Assembly (NCBI RefSeq): GCF_000400465.1
Contig: NW_008806278.1
Span: 60,001 to 122,000, forward strand
Origin: Wallemia ichthyophaga EXF-994
Lineage: Eukaryota; Fungi; Basidiomycota
Direction: 5' to 3'
Length of the DNA stretch: 62,000 bases
The first letter of the stretch is position 1; every line of letters begins with the position of its first letter. The notes under the pieces were generated by a model, which did no database searches, had not been told where the DNA came from, and saw nothing but the letters and a program-made list of their open reading frames with translations. Of this stretch, positions 32,459-45,514 are shown in pieces. The position numbers and the translations under genes are program-made.

Positions 32459-35400
32459 ATGTCAGGTCCACCACCAGGATTTGGTCCGCAAACTACGGCC
32501 ATATCCAATCAGGATCTATCTATTAAGATTAAGAAGCATCATCAATTCTCAAAGCGTCGCTGGGGACTTAAGAAACCTGGTGGCGCAGGTACTTCTGGCA
32601 GTGAGAAAGTTGAATTGCCTCCAGAGCACTTGCGTAAAATTATTAAAGATCACGGTGATATGTCACATATGCGTTATAGAAACGAGAAGCGTATTCACTT
32701 GGGTGCCCTCAAGTACGTTCCTCACGCTGTACTCAAACTTCTTGAAAATATCCCAATGCCTTGGGAGCAAGTACGTGAAGTGCCTGTACTCTATCACATT
32801 ACAGGCGCTATCACTTTTGTTAATCAAATTCCACGTGTTATTGAGGTGCGTCGTCTCGCTCTACTCCATTAGCAAATCTAACTTAATCCACCCAATAGCC
32901 TGTCTACCACGCTCAATGGGCTTCCATGTGGCTCGCTATGCGTAGAGAAAAGCGTGACAGAAGACACTTTAAGCGTATGAGATTTCCTCCCTTCGATGAT
33001 GAAGAACCTCCACTCGATTACAGCGACAACATTCTCGACGTTGAGCCTCTTGAAGCCATTCAACTTCCTCTAGACGAAGAGGAGGATGCTCCTATTATTG
33101 ATTGGTTCTACGATCCAAAACCACTCGAAGACACGGTGCATGTTAACGGTCCTTCCTACAAACAATGGTCCCTCGATTTGCCACAAATGGCTAACCTTCA
33201 CAGAATTGGTAAATCTATACTCTCTGAAACGCATGACCGTAAAAATGCCAGTCACTTGTTCGAAGATAAGGCTTTCTTCACCTCAAAAGCTCTCAACATG
33301 GCCATCCCAGGTGGTCCAAAATTCGAGCCTTTGTTCAAGGATGATTTGGATGATGACGAGGATTGGAATGAGTTTAATGATATTAACAAGGTTATCATCC
33401 GTCAGCCAATTCGCACTGAATACAAAATCGCTTTCCCACACCTATACAACTCTCGTCCAAGAGCTGTTCAAATTGGTCCATACCACTCCCCTCAATCTCA
33501 ATACATCCGCACAGATGACCCTGATATGCCTGCTTTCTATTTTGATCCTTCCATAAATCCCATCTCATCAAGAGCTGTAGCTGGTGCAGCCAACACACCA
33601 CAAATCAGCCATGAGGATGAGATATTTGGCGAGGATGAGGAAGATGAATTTGAATTACCTCAAGATATGGGTGCATTTTTGGAAGATAAACCAGTACATA
33701 CTGAACGTACATCTGACGCAATCAGCCTTTGGTGGGCGCCTGCTCCATATAATACTCGCTCAGGTACAATGCGCAGAGCTCAGGATATACCGCTCATCAA
33801 AGACTGGTACATGGAACACTGCCCACCTGGTATGCCAGTCAAGGTGAGAGTTTCCTACCAAAAACTCTTGAAAGTTTACGTCCTCAACAAACTCCATCAA
33901 CGTCCACCAAAGCCCCAAATTAAGAAACGGTTAGTTCAAAGTCTCAAAAGTACAAAATTCTTTCAGCAGACAACTATTGATTGGGTTGAAGCTGGTCTCC
34001 AGGTCGTTCGCCAAGGTTATAACATGCTCAATTTGCTTATTCACCGCAAAAACCTTAACTACCTCCACTTGGATTACAACATGAACTTGAAGCCTGTTAA
34101 AACGCTCACAACTAAGGAGCGTAAGAAGAGTAGATTTGGTAACGCTTTCCACCTTTTGCGTGAAATTCTTCGCTTAACAAAGTTGATCGTCGATGTGCAC
34201 GTTCAATTTAGGTTAGGATTATGTGATGCGTTCCAGCTGGCCGATGGTCTCCAATATTCTTTCGCACACGTCGGTCAACTCACCGGTATGTATAGATACA
34301 AGTACAAGATTATGAGACAGATCAGAATGTGCAAGGATCTCAAACATCTAATTTACTACCGCTTCAACACTGGCCCAGTAGGAAAAGGACCTGGTGTAGG
34401 TTTCTGGGCACCAGGTTGGCGTGTGTGGTTGTTTTTCTTGAGAGGTATTGTTCCACTTCTCGAGAGGTGGCTCGGCAACTTGCTTGCTAGACAGTTCGAG
34501 GGTCGTAATAGCAGGGGTGTAGCGAAGAATGTCACCAAGCAGCGTGTCGAGTCGCATTATGATCTTGAATTGCGTGCTGCTGTTATGCACGATATCCTTG
34601 ATATGATGCCTGAATCTCTCAAACAGAACAAGGCAAAGACCATCCTTCAGCATCTTTCTGAAGCTTGGAGATGTGAGTATAGAGTTTAAATTGATCAGGG
34701 ACTCTTTTGCTAACACCTGCTTAGGCTGGAAGGCTAATATTCCTTGGAAAGTACCTGGTATGCCTACCGCGATTGAGAACATTATCCTCCGTTACGTTAA
34801 GAATAAGGCTGATTGGTGGACATCCGTAGCTCACTATAACCGCGAGCGTATTCGTCGCGGTGCTACAGTTGACAAAGCCGTCGTTAAGAAGAATCTCGGT
34901 CGTCTTACTAGACTCTACCTAAAGCAAGAGCAAGAGAGACAGCACGGTTACCTCAAAGATGGTCCATACATCTCATCTGAAGAAGCCGTTGCGCTGTACA
35001 CCTCGACTGTCCACTGGCTCGAAAGCAGGAAATTTTCTCCAATTCCATTCCCTCCATTGTCGTACAAGCACGACACCAAGATTCTCGTTCTCGCTTTGGA
35101 AAGACTTAAGGAAGCATACTCTGTACAAGGTCGTCTCAATCAATCACAAAGAGAGGAATTGGCACTGATCGAACAAGCCTACGACAACCCACACGAGTGT
35201 CTGTCTAGAATTAAGAGATTGCTGCTGACTCAGCGTGCATTTAAGGAAGCCGGTATTGAGTTCTTCGATACTTATGACAAGCTCGTTCCTTGTTATGATA
35301 TTGAACCTGTCGAAAAGATCACTGATGCTTACCTCGATCAATTCCTCTTCTTCGAGGCTGACAAGAGGGGTCTTTTCCCTTCATGGGTGAAACCAGCTGA

Positions 35401-38400
35401 TACTGAGCCACCTCCATTACTCACCTACAAGTGGGCTCAAGGTGAGTTGTTTTCGAGTGATTTTATACCGGCTAAAATATGCGATAGGTATCAATAATCT
35501 TTCTGACGTCTGGGAGACCAGTGAAGGTGAATGCGTGGTTATGATGGAGACGCAGTTGAGCAGGGTCTACGAGAAAGTCGACTTGACTCTCCTCAACAGA
35601 CTTCTTAGACTAATCATGGACCACAACTTGGCTGACTACATTACTGCAAAAAACAACACTCCACTTACTTACAAAGATATGTCCCACGTTAACTCTTATG
35701 GTCTGATTAGAGGTCTTCAGTTCTCCGCATTCGTCTTCCAATTCTATGGCTTAGTGCTTGATCTACTCATCCTTGGATTAAATAGAGCTTCCGAGATGGC
35801 TGGACCTCCACAGTCGCCCAACAGCTTCCTTCAATACAAGGACACAGCCACTGAGGTTGCGCACCCTGTCAGACTCTACTCTCGATACGTCGACAAGATC
35901 CACATTCTCTTCAAGTTTGACGCAGAGCAATCTAGAGATCTCATCCAGAGGTACCTGTCTGCCAATCCAGATCCAACTAACTCGAACATTATCGGCTACA
36001 ACAACAAGAAGTGCTGGCCAAGAGACTGTCGTATGCGTCTGATTAAACACGACGTGAACCTTGGAAGAGCGGTGTTCTGGAATGTGAAGAACTCCCTCCC
36101 AAGGTCTTTAACTACTATTGAGTGGGAGGATACGTTTGCGAGTGTGTACTCGAAGGACAATCCACAGCTCCTCTTCTCTATGCATGGCTTCGAGCTGCGT
36201 ATCCTGCCCAAGATCAGAGCGATGAATAGCGAGCAATACAGACTCAATGATGGTGTATGGAATCTTACCAACGAAGCTACGAAGGAGCGTACAGCACAGG
36301 CTTATTTGAGGGTATCTGACGACGGCATCAATGCATTTAACAATCGTATACGTCAAGTGCTTATGAGTTCAGGATCGACTACCTTCTCCAAGATCATCAA
36401 CAAATGGAACACGACCATCATCGGTTTGATGACATACTACCGTGAGGCTGTTCTGCATACGAATGAACTTCTCGACTCGCTCGTCAAGGCTGAGAACAAG
36501 GTACAGACCAGAGTCAAAATTGGTCTCAATTCAAAGATGCCTTCACGTTTTCCACCTGTAGTGTTCTACTCGCCAAAGGAGCTTGGCGGTTTAGGTATGC
36601 TTTCGATGGGTCACGTCCTCATTCCTCAGTCTGACCTTAGGTGGTCGAAGCAAACTGATACGGGTATTACACACTTCAGATCTGGTATGACGCATGAAGA
36701 TGACCAGCTCATTCCAAATCTTTACAGATATATCCAGCCATGGGAAGCTGAGTTCGTCGATTCTGCTAGGGTCTGGTCGGAGTATGCTATGAAGCGTAAA
36801 GAGGCAGTCAGTCAGAATAGGAGATTGACACTTGAAGATCTCGAAGATAGCTGGGATAGAGGTATACCGCGGATCAACACTCTATTCCAAAAGGATAGAC
36901 ATACCCTTGCGTACGATAAGGGATGGAGAGTGCGTACAGATTGGAAGCAGTACCAGCTACTCAAGCACAATCCATTCTGGTGGACGTCGCAGCGCCACGA
37001 TGGTAAATTATGGCAGCTGAACAACTACCGTGTGGACGTTATTGCTGCTCTTGGTGGTGTTGAATCTATTCTCGAGCACACATTGTTCAAGGGAACTTAC
37101 TTCCCAACCTGGGAAGGTCTCTTCTGGGAGAAAGCTAGTGGATTCGAAGAATCGATGAAATACAAAAAGCTCACAAATGCTCAAAGATCCGGTTTGAACC
37201 AAATTCCAAACAGAAGATTCACTCTGTGGTGGTCACCTACGATTAATCGCGCGAATGTCTACGTTGGTTTCCAAGTCCAGCTTGATCTCACTGGTATTTT
37301 CATGCACGGTAAAATCCCAACACTCAAGATCTCACTTATTCAAATCTTCCGTGCGCACTTGTGGCAGAAGATTCACGAGTCTGTCGTCATGGATTTGTGT
37401 CAGGTCTTTGACCAGGAGTTGGAAGCACTTCAGATCGAGACTGTCCAAAAAGAGACAATCCATCCACGTAAATCTTACAAGATGAACTCTTCATGTGCTG
37501 ACATCCTTCTCTTCTCGGCTTACAAGTGGAATATTGCCAGACCTTCGCTGCTGAATGACAGCAAGGATGTTTTGGATGGTACTACGTCGAACAAGTTCTG
37601 GGTTGATGTTCAGCTCAGATTTGGTGACTTTGACTCTCACGATATTGAGAGATACACCAGAGCCAAGTTCTTGGATTACACCAGCGACCCATCTTCCATG
37701 TACCCATCTCCAACTGGTTGCATGGTTGGTATTGACTTGGCCTATAACCTGTACACCTCGTACGGTAATTGGTTCCCTGGTCTTAAGCCACTTATGCAGC
37801 AAGCTATGGCCAAGATCATGAAGGCTAACCCAGCTCTGTACGTCTTGAGAGAGCGTATTAGAAAGTCGCTCCAGCTCTACTCCTCGGAGCCAACCGAGCC
37901 ATACCTCAACTCACAGAACTACTCGGAGCTGTTCTCCAACCAAACTATCTGGTTCGTCGATGATACTAATGTCTACCGTGTCACTATACACAAGACATTC
38001 GAAGGTAACCTCACCACTAAGCCAATTAACGGTGCTATCTTTATCTTCAACCCAAGAACTGGTCAACTGTTCCTGAAAATCATTCACACATCTGTCTGGG
38101 CTGGTCAGAAGCGTCTCGGTCAGCTTGCCAAGTGGAAGACGGCCGAAGAAGTTGCTGCTCTTATTCGCTCACTTCCTGTTGAAGAGCAACCTAAGCAGAT
38201 TATTGTTACTAGAAAGGGTATGCTTGATCCATTGGAGGTTCACCTTCTCGATTTCCCGTGAGTGATTCACTTTTCGCTATGGCACTTCTAACACTCTTCT
38301 CCAGTAACATTGTGATTAAGGGCTCTGAACTGCAGCTACCATTCCAAGCCTGCCTGAAGCTGGAGAAGTTTGGAGACCTTATCTTGCGCGCTACTCAGCC

Positions 38401-39732
38401 CCAGATGGTGCTGTTCTCACTCTACGACGACTGGCTGAAGGAGATCTCGTCATACACGGCTTTCTCCCGTCTCATTTTGATCCTGCGTGGATTGCACGTC
38501 AACAATGAAAAGGCAAAGATTATCCTGCGTCCAGACAAGAACACAATCACCGAGCCTCACCACATCTGGCCATCGCTTTCAGCGGAAGACTGGATCAAGG
38601 TGGAGTCACAGCTCAGAGATCTTATCGTCAACGACTTTGGTAAACGTAACTCTGTCAATACTGCGTCTCTCACTCAGTCTGAAATCCGTGATATCATTCT
38701 TGGTATGGAGATCAGCGCACCTTCTATCCAACGTCAACAGATGGCCGAAGTCGAAAACTCGGCTGCTGACGCAAATCAAATCACAGCACTGCAAACCAAG
38801 ACTACTAACGTTCATGGTGATGAGATTAATGTTGTCACAACTACGAACTACGAGAATCAACAGTTTGCCAGCAAGTCTGATTGGAGAGCTAGGGCTATTT
38901 CTTCAACCAACTTGCCATTAAGAGTGCAGCACGTTTTCGTCTCGAACGATGACGTCAAGGACGATAGCCAGGCGTACACTTATGTCATTCCAAAGAATAT
39001 TCTCAGGCAATTTATTATCAGCGGTGATCTTCGCACGCAGGTGGCTGGTTTCTTGTACGGTGTCTCGCCACCCGACAATCCACAGATCAAAGAAATCAAA
39101 GCGATAGCATGGGTGCCACAGCGCGGTTCATTCAACAACGTTGAACTGCCTAGCAGCCTTCCTGAGCACGAGTACCTCCTCAATGATCTCGAGCCTCTTG
39201 GTTGGATTAAGACACAATCTCTTGAGCTCAACCACCTCAGTCCGCAAGATGTCACAACGCAGGCACGAGTCATGGCAAACAACCCCGCTTGGGGTCCAAG
39301 CTCTATTTGTTTGGTCTGCTCGTTCACACCAGGCAGTGTTAGCTTGTCTGCATACACGCTCACTGTGAATGGCTTCGAATGGGGTCGCAAGAACCAGGAC
39401 TTAGGTGGACAGCCGGCTGGCTTCAGTCCTAACTTCTCAGAGCGCACACAGCTGCTCCTTTCTGACCGCATTCTTGGTATGACGCTTGTACCTGGTGGGT
39501 TTAACCTTCTTTAGCACCGCGCACTCACTCACTCACTCACTTTCTTACAGAGGGCGGCATTTGGAATTATTCTCTTTCGCTCTCCCAGCAATGGACACCG
39601 GCGATGCCCTACCAAATCTCGCTAGCTAGACCTACCTCGTTCTGGGCTGACGTTCACCGTCCGCTCCAGTTTGCTAATTTCTCAGAACTGAGCAATAACG
39701 CGGACGCGGATGTCGAAAACAGCTTGGCTTAA
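32459..39732 (+). CDS. PRP8: U5 snRNP spliceosomal core protein Prp8; five introns; intein site empty
   Basis: Conserved blocks [64 protein letters not shown] and a Jab1/MPN C-terminus. Introns begin at 32846, 34673, 35442, 38258 and about 39494. Confidence 0.97.
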
Positions 39733-40034
39733 GTTATTGTATAAATAATAAATCTTTCATTTTTCATCTTTTTCGATCACATTCATATAGTCACTGATGG
39801 CATTCGGAGCGTGGTGCACGGATCGAATCCGTTTAATTAAGCGCTATCTCGCGTGATATAAAAAATAGCTCAGGGAATTGATATGCGGAATAATCGGCTA
39901 TTTTGGTCATATAGGCTTCTTTAATGCTCATAACGTAAAAAAAGGTTGTCAATTACTACACTCACGATGCTTCTTTTAAGTTCGCATCGGAGAAAACCCG
40001 TGAGTCAAATTTTGAGGGTGTCTCACCGCGGATC

Positions 40035-40135
40035 CGCTGATAACCGGGGGAAATAATTTCCGGTGCCTTGGTTTACTAATTCATGTCCTCTTAATTGAAC
40101 GCTGATAGAGTTAGTACTAGATTGTAACGCTGATA
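40035..40135 (+). promoter_or_regulatory. Cluster of three CGCTGATA (GATA-factor-type) sites upstream of the peptide transporter
   Basis: CGCTGATA at 40035, 40100 and 40128, which is 120-220 bp upstream of the PTR2 ATG. Confidence 0.55.
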
Positions 40136-40253
40136 AGCTATACTATTTGAGAAGATATAGCACTCTTCTTTTCAAGCAGTGGATCATCAAGAAATTTTGA
40201 AATCACATAACCTTCACCAAGTAATTAAACATCAGCAAAGTAACAAACTTAGT

Positions 40254-42267
40254 ATGAATAGCATTGAAGCCGAAGTAGTAGCGAGCGGAGCCGCTCTGGC
40301 CAACGATCATCGCGACACTGCTGCTAGCGGGGGCCATTTGGCACCGCCACATCAAGCTGGTATACCCACCATCGCGCCTTATGGAGACGAGAAGATGGAT
40401 AAATTAGATGAAAAAGGCATGATTATCGATCCGGAAAATTACAACATTCAAGACGTCGATGTAGAAGGTACCTTCCCCACTGAAGAAGAACAAGCGGTTT
40501 TACCAAGAACTTCTGAAAGTGTGCGTCGGCTTGATTAGTTTCCTCTCCATCTGACATGAATATTAGGTGTCTTGGTATGTCTTTCTCATTGTCTTGGTAG
40601 AATTTGCAGAGAGGTTCGTCAACTCAAAGTAGACAAACATGCGCTAAATAGATTGCTGAAAGATTTGCATACTACGGAATTACTGGTGTCTTCGCCAATG
40701 AGATCCAGAATCCAATGCCAACTGGAAGTACTGCCGGTAATCTAGTTTCTGACATGAGTGAGACACCTGGGGCGCTCGATATGGGCCAGCAAGCATCTAC
40801 AGGCTTAACAAATTTCTTCTCCTTCTGGTGGTAAGTGAAATATTCAAATAAATGCCTGCTTGACCCACAATCAGCTACCTCACGCCTATAATTGGTAATG
40901 AATCATAGTACCCTCACTTTTCTATTTAACGCCTTTTAGGTGGCATAATCGCCGACACAAAGCTAGGAAAATATTGGACTATCGTGGTTTTTTCGTCTAT
41001 TTACTTGGTTGGTCTGATTATCCTAACTTGCACGAACATTCCACCGGCACTATCTGGCGATAGGGATGCCGGATTGGGTGGACTTATCACTGCAATGATT
41101 ATCATTGGTCTGGGAACTGGTGGTATCAAGAGCAATATTTCGATCTGGCTCGCTGAGCAAATCAAGACTGACACAATGTATGTACACACCAACAAGAAAG
41201 GCGAGAAGGAAATAGTAGATCCAAATATCACAGTTCAACGCATATTCTCGTGGTTTTACTTCACTATCAATTGTGGATCTCTAGCATCCCTCGCAACCAC
41301 GTCATCAGAGCGCAAGGTTGGTTTTTGGCTGGCATACACCTTGCCAACGATAGTTTTTTGCTTCATACCAGTGCTGCTCACATTTATGTATACTAGATTG
41401 AAGCATCTTCCACCCAGAGGCAGTGTTCTTATTGAAACTGTCAAAGTCTGTAAAGCAGCTTGGAGCAAGAGGAGTTGGTCTGCAGCTAAACCTGACGCCT
41501 ATGAACAGCAATACGGTTCAAAACCAACATGGGATGGCGCTTTCGTTGATGAAGTTCAAAGAGGCCTCAGAGCTAGCCGAATCTTTATCTTCTATCCGGT
41601 TTACTGGGTTTGCTATAACAATAACACTAACAATTTGGTTTCAATGGCTGGTAGCCTGAGAAGTGACGGTACTCCTAATGACCTTATTCAAAACATTAAT
41701 CCGATCTCCCTTATTATTTTCATTCCCTTATTGGATCTCGGAGTGTATCCGGCGCTCAGAAAGATGGGAATCAGTGTAAGACCGGTTGCTCGTATTGCTC
41801 TGGGATTCATTACAGCTTCCCTTGCCATGGTGTATTGCGCTGTGTTCCAACACTTTATTTATTCGAAGCTGTCACCGTGTGGTGAATACGCAACTCAATG
41901 TGGCGAGCCAGCTGACATGAATGTATGGATGGTAGCACCAGCATACGCTCTGATAGGACTTTCAGAGTGCTTCGCATCCATCACCGGTCTAGAATACGCG
42001 TTTCAAAAAGCTCCCGCTAATTTGAAATCCTTGATTATGGCCATATTCTTACTTCAAACTGCGTTCGGAAATGCTATTAATCTTGCAGTACTGCCAGTAA
42101 CTGAGGATCCACACCTTGTTTGGCTTTACACAGGATTCGCTTGTGCTGCGTTTGTTGCTGGTATAGCATTCTATGCCACCTTCTGGAGCTGGGACAAGAC
42201 TGAAGAAGCAGACAACGCTGTTGGCAGAGGTGGAAGAATGGAGAAAGAGGATACCAGAAAACCTTAA
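40254..42267 (+). CDS. PTR2: POT/PTR2 family di/tripeptide transporter
   Basis: The VEFAERFAYYG (ExxERF) motif is restored by splicing. Also YLTPIIGGIIADTKLGKY, GLGTGGIKSNIS and FYFTINCGSL. Several short 5' exons. Confidence 0.93.
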
Positions 42268-42646
42268 AGTGGTCAGTGTCTATTCAATTTAATTTTGCTT
42301 TTCGGGATCTCATGACATGGAACTTTAGACTTGCTTTTTTAATGTCTCACTAATGTAATGATATATATCCTTAATTCCTCATAGACTTTGTGCTCACTCG
42401 CCATCACTAAAAGTAAGACTGCATTACATCATTGATGAGCCCATGATGAGTTCATGAGATTGAGGTGTGGTTTGCACTGTAATATACACTATATGGCCTG
42501 AGTATTGTTTTCACAGGTAAAAGGGCTCCAAAGCAATACCCAAATCAGCTATGCATCCAATATCAACAGAGTTGCACTTTCGTTCTGACACACATTTCAG
42601 CAACTGGCTGATTTACGACTTTTCATGATCTCCAAATAAGAAAAGC

Positions 42647-43140
42647 TTGATGAGTAGCCCTGATCGCGATATAGAACTTCATGTTCAAATGACGGCCTTG
42701 GGTTGCTATCTCGACTTGCAAGCCATTCGGCCGTTTAGATCCGGCATCGCTCTGGGGCACGAGGCAGAGCAGATTGAAGACGTTTTACGGGATTATTCAA
42801 GGAGCCTTTTTATTGAGCATATTGAAACTGTAAATACTTCAATGGCTCATGTATTCGGCGCTATAAAGGTGTGGTATTTTTTCCGATGCGTGGCGTTCAC
42901 AACTCTTATCGTTGGCTTCTGGAAAGAAGTAAGACAACTTTAATTTCATGATGAACCTACAAATAATTAATCATACAAAGAAAGTGGGGGTCAGCCAAAC
43001 TCTGAAACGACTGTTTGGCTTCACCAGGTGCATTTCGAAAACCCACTTAATGCAGTTAAAGATGTGGTAGAGGTCTCATTGGAATCGCAGAAGGAAAAAT
43101 GGTATCATCATGATAAAAAAGAGCTCACATTTGAAGTTTG
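42647..43140 (+). CDS. Possible spliced hypothetical protein
   Basis: A 98-aa ORF plus a protein-like downstream frame (..VWLHQVHFENPLNAVKDVVEVSLESQKEKWYHH..) and intron-like segments. The model is not resolved. Confidence 0.3.
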
Positions 43141-43319
43141 AAGAAGAACATTTTCTAATAGACTGTAAGACTTTCTAGCATTATTTGAGATGGCACCATC
43201 AAAGAAAACTTCACCACTGTGATCACGATGCCAATATTAAGCAGCTTTGGGTATATTTTATTTTCCAACACTCATCTGATGACATCACTTTTTGATCTTT
43301 TTATCCCATATCGTCGACA

Positions 43320-44417
43320 ATGCCAATTAAAATCGGATTAGTAGGCGCTGGAGAAGTAACACAGACGATTGTTCTTCCCAATCTCAGGCTATTGTCCGAT
43401 CTCTACGAGGTGAATGCACTATGCGATATCTCCCAGCAGACACTCGAGCACGTCTCCACCAAGTTCAACATCAAACAAACATACACCGACTACACTCAGA
43501 TGATTGAAGAGGGTGATATTGAGGCGGTAATGGTGTTAACAGCTGACGAATACCATGCTCCAATCGCAGTCGAGGCTCTGCAACACAAGAAGGCAGTCTT
43601 CGTTGAGAAGCCGATGGCATTATCGCAGCAAGCCGCTGCTTTGATCATTAAAGCACGCGATGAGAACAACGGCGTCGTTTTTGTCGGATATCAGCGCAGA
43701 TACTCTCCAGCATTCGAGGAGGCTGTCCAAATAGTGAGGGGAATGTCATCGATCTCCTACTGCAGGGTAAGAGATATAATCGGGCCCAACAGCATCTTTG
43801 TTGGACAGTCAGGGACGTTCCCACGCAAGTATACAGATTTCCCTGAAACCTCATCAGCGGATATGAAGAGGCGCTCGAGCGAGATAGCGGAACAGGCACT
43901 CGGGAGTGCTGAGACCGATAGTCAGGCGTACAATCTGTACAGACTGCTAGGATCGCTCGGCTCACACGACCTCTCGGCTATGAGAGAATTATTAGGCATT
44001 CCCAAGGGCGTTTGTGGTGTTTCAAACACCACTCCGTCTAATGCCGGTGGCTTCTTTACGGCCATGTTTGATTATGGCGGGTTCGTCGCAATGTACGAGA
44101 CAGGCGTTGACCAGGTGGGCTTGTTCGACGCGCACATAGAAGTGTATGGAGATGGAAAGAGAGTAAAGGTAGAATTTGACACCCCATATGTCAAGGGATT
44201 GCCTGTAAAGCTGGTCGTGGGCGAGAGCGATAAGGACGGAAGATACATTGAGCGCGTTGTCAGACCCACGTACGAAGACGCATATACTATCGAGTACAAG
44301 GCATTCTACGATGCTGTTCGAAATGGTAAGCAGTACAAGACTACAGCTGACGACGCCAGGTGTGATTTAGAAATATTCAAAATGATAACTGATGCATTTG
44401 TAAGGCAAGACAAGTAA
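43320..44417 (+). CDS. Gfo/Idh/MocA family NAD(P)-dependent oxidoreductase, intronless
   Basis: Rossmann motif KIGLVGAGEV, VFVEKPMA, VGYQRRY and GSHDL. Confidence 0.9.
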   Translation: MPIKIGLVGAGEVTQTIVLPNLRLLSDLYEVNALCDISQQTLEHVSTKFNIKQTYTDYTQMIEEGDIEAVMVLTADEYHAPIAVEALQHKKAVFVEKPMALSQQAAALIIKARDENNGVVFVGYQRRYSPAFEEAVQIVRGMSSISYCRVRDIIGPNSIFVGQSGTFPRKYTDFPETSSADMKRRSSEIAEQALGSAETDSQAYNLYRLLGSLGSHDLSAMRELLGIPKGVCGVSNTTPSNAGGFFTAMFDYGGFVAMYETGVDQVGLFDAHIEVYGDGKRVKVEFDTPYVKGLPVKLVVGESDKDGRYIERVVRPTYEDAYTIEYKAFYDAVRNGKQYKTTADDARCDLEIFKMITDAFVRQDK

Positions 44418-44445
44418 ATAAATAAAGTGCAAGTATGAGTAAATA

Positions 44446-45488
44446 TTAAAGTCCAGAATACTGCTTCTGCTTGTACTGTTGTAGAACAGGGTCCGGCTTG
44501 CGCTTATGCAGCTCGGGATCACCGAAATGGAAGCCATGTACCTTTGCGCGTCGCGCAAGAGCCTGTCGCAGTGGATCAGTGTAAGGTGTCCTGAGTCTCC
44601 ATGCAATCTTGTGAGGTTTATCGTGCAGTACTTCCTCCATCTCTGGGAGATGCGTTGACTTTTTGTCGTATTTCCAGTGTTTGTCCCAATCAAGTTTTGG
44701 AGGGTGCATGATGAGCTCGGCTAACATCTTGCGCATGGCACGCTCACTGAAGTTTGCAACCTTGTCGACATTGATGTTCACCGACCACTCCGGGTAGTTG
44801 TGAAGTGTGTATCCGAGTGATTTGAAATAAGTGTATGGGTTAAGGAGGAGGTCTTTTGGGAATCGTTTGTGAGCAGTGCGGAGACTCCATCCCCTACTGA
44901 CATGCTCACTTCGAACTTGAGCTTGATGTAAAGCTTGCAAGAGTATTCTGTGTATCTGCTGTTTCATGACAGTGTTTGAAACGACATAGGTGAATCCTTT
45001 TGTGTTCTCTATAATTTCCATATTGCGCTTGTCGTCGTCAATTCTTGCTTGCTGTTCAGGAGTCTTTTGTTTGACTCTCCAGCGTGCCAGTTCATCGAGT
45101 ATATTGCTACGCTGCTCACGCTTGACAAAAGGATTTGGAGAGAACTTGATGTTGTTGCTCCTGGCGTATTCGGTGAGTAGAGTGTCCTGGACATAGAGCT
45201 GTATCGTTTTCTGCCAGTAGTTCATCTCCGTGCGCAACTGTTTCTCGCCGACTACAGCGCCTGTTCTTCGAATAGACTGGTTGAATTTGTCACTGACATA
45301 ATCCTTTAAATCACCTTGCTTGTACTTCTCGATAGCGTCTTTGTGGTTCACGTTGCTAAGTGGGTGGCCCAGCGAGAGTGTGTAGCTGAGATTCAGAGCG
45401 TTGACAGATGCCTGAAAGTCTATTTAAGTGGCTATTATAAGACGCTAGAAGATTCACGCACGCTCGTTGCGAAATATCTCCTGATCAT
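44446..45488 (-). CDS. Hypothetical basic protein, probably mitochondrial
   Basis: First exon MIRRYFATS is spliced through GTGCGT..CAG in frame to the 301-aa ORF. The N-terminus resembles a presequence. No family recognised. Confidence 0.65.
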
Positions 45489-45514
45489 CTTGCTCGCGGT
45501 TAGAGATAAGTGAG

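Noticed and set aside
37120-37155. PRP8 intein at the known fungal insertion site ([10 protein letters not shown])
   Set aside because: The sequence is contiguous TGG GAG AAA GCT AGT GGA TTC GAA; the site is empty.
39520-39545. (ACTC)n repeats as minus-strand splice donors of an antisense gene
   Set aside because: They lie within the last PRP8 intron just before the acceptor and are explained as a branch/pyrimidine tract.
39818-39832. ACGGATCGAATCCGT hairpin resembling a tRNA T-arm or B box
   Set aside because: There is no acceptor, D or anticodon arm around it; at most it is an isolated TFIIIC-like site.
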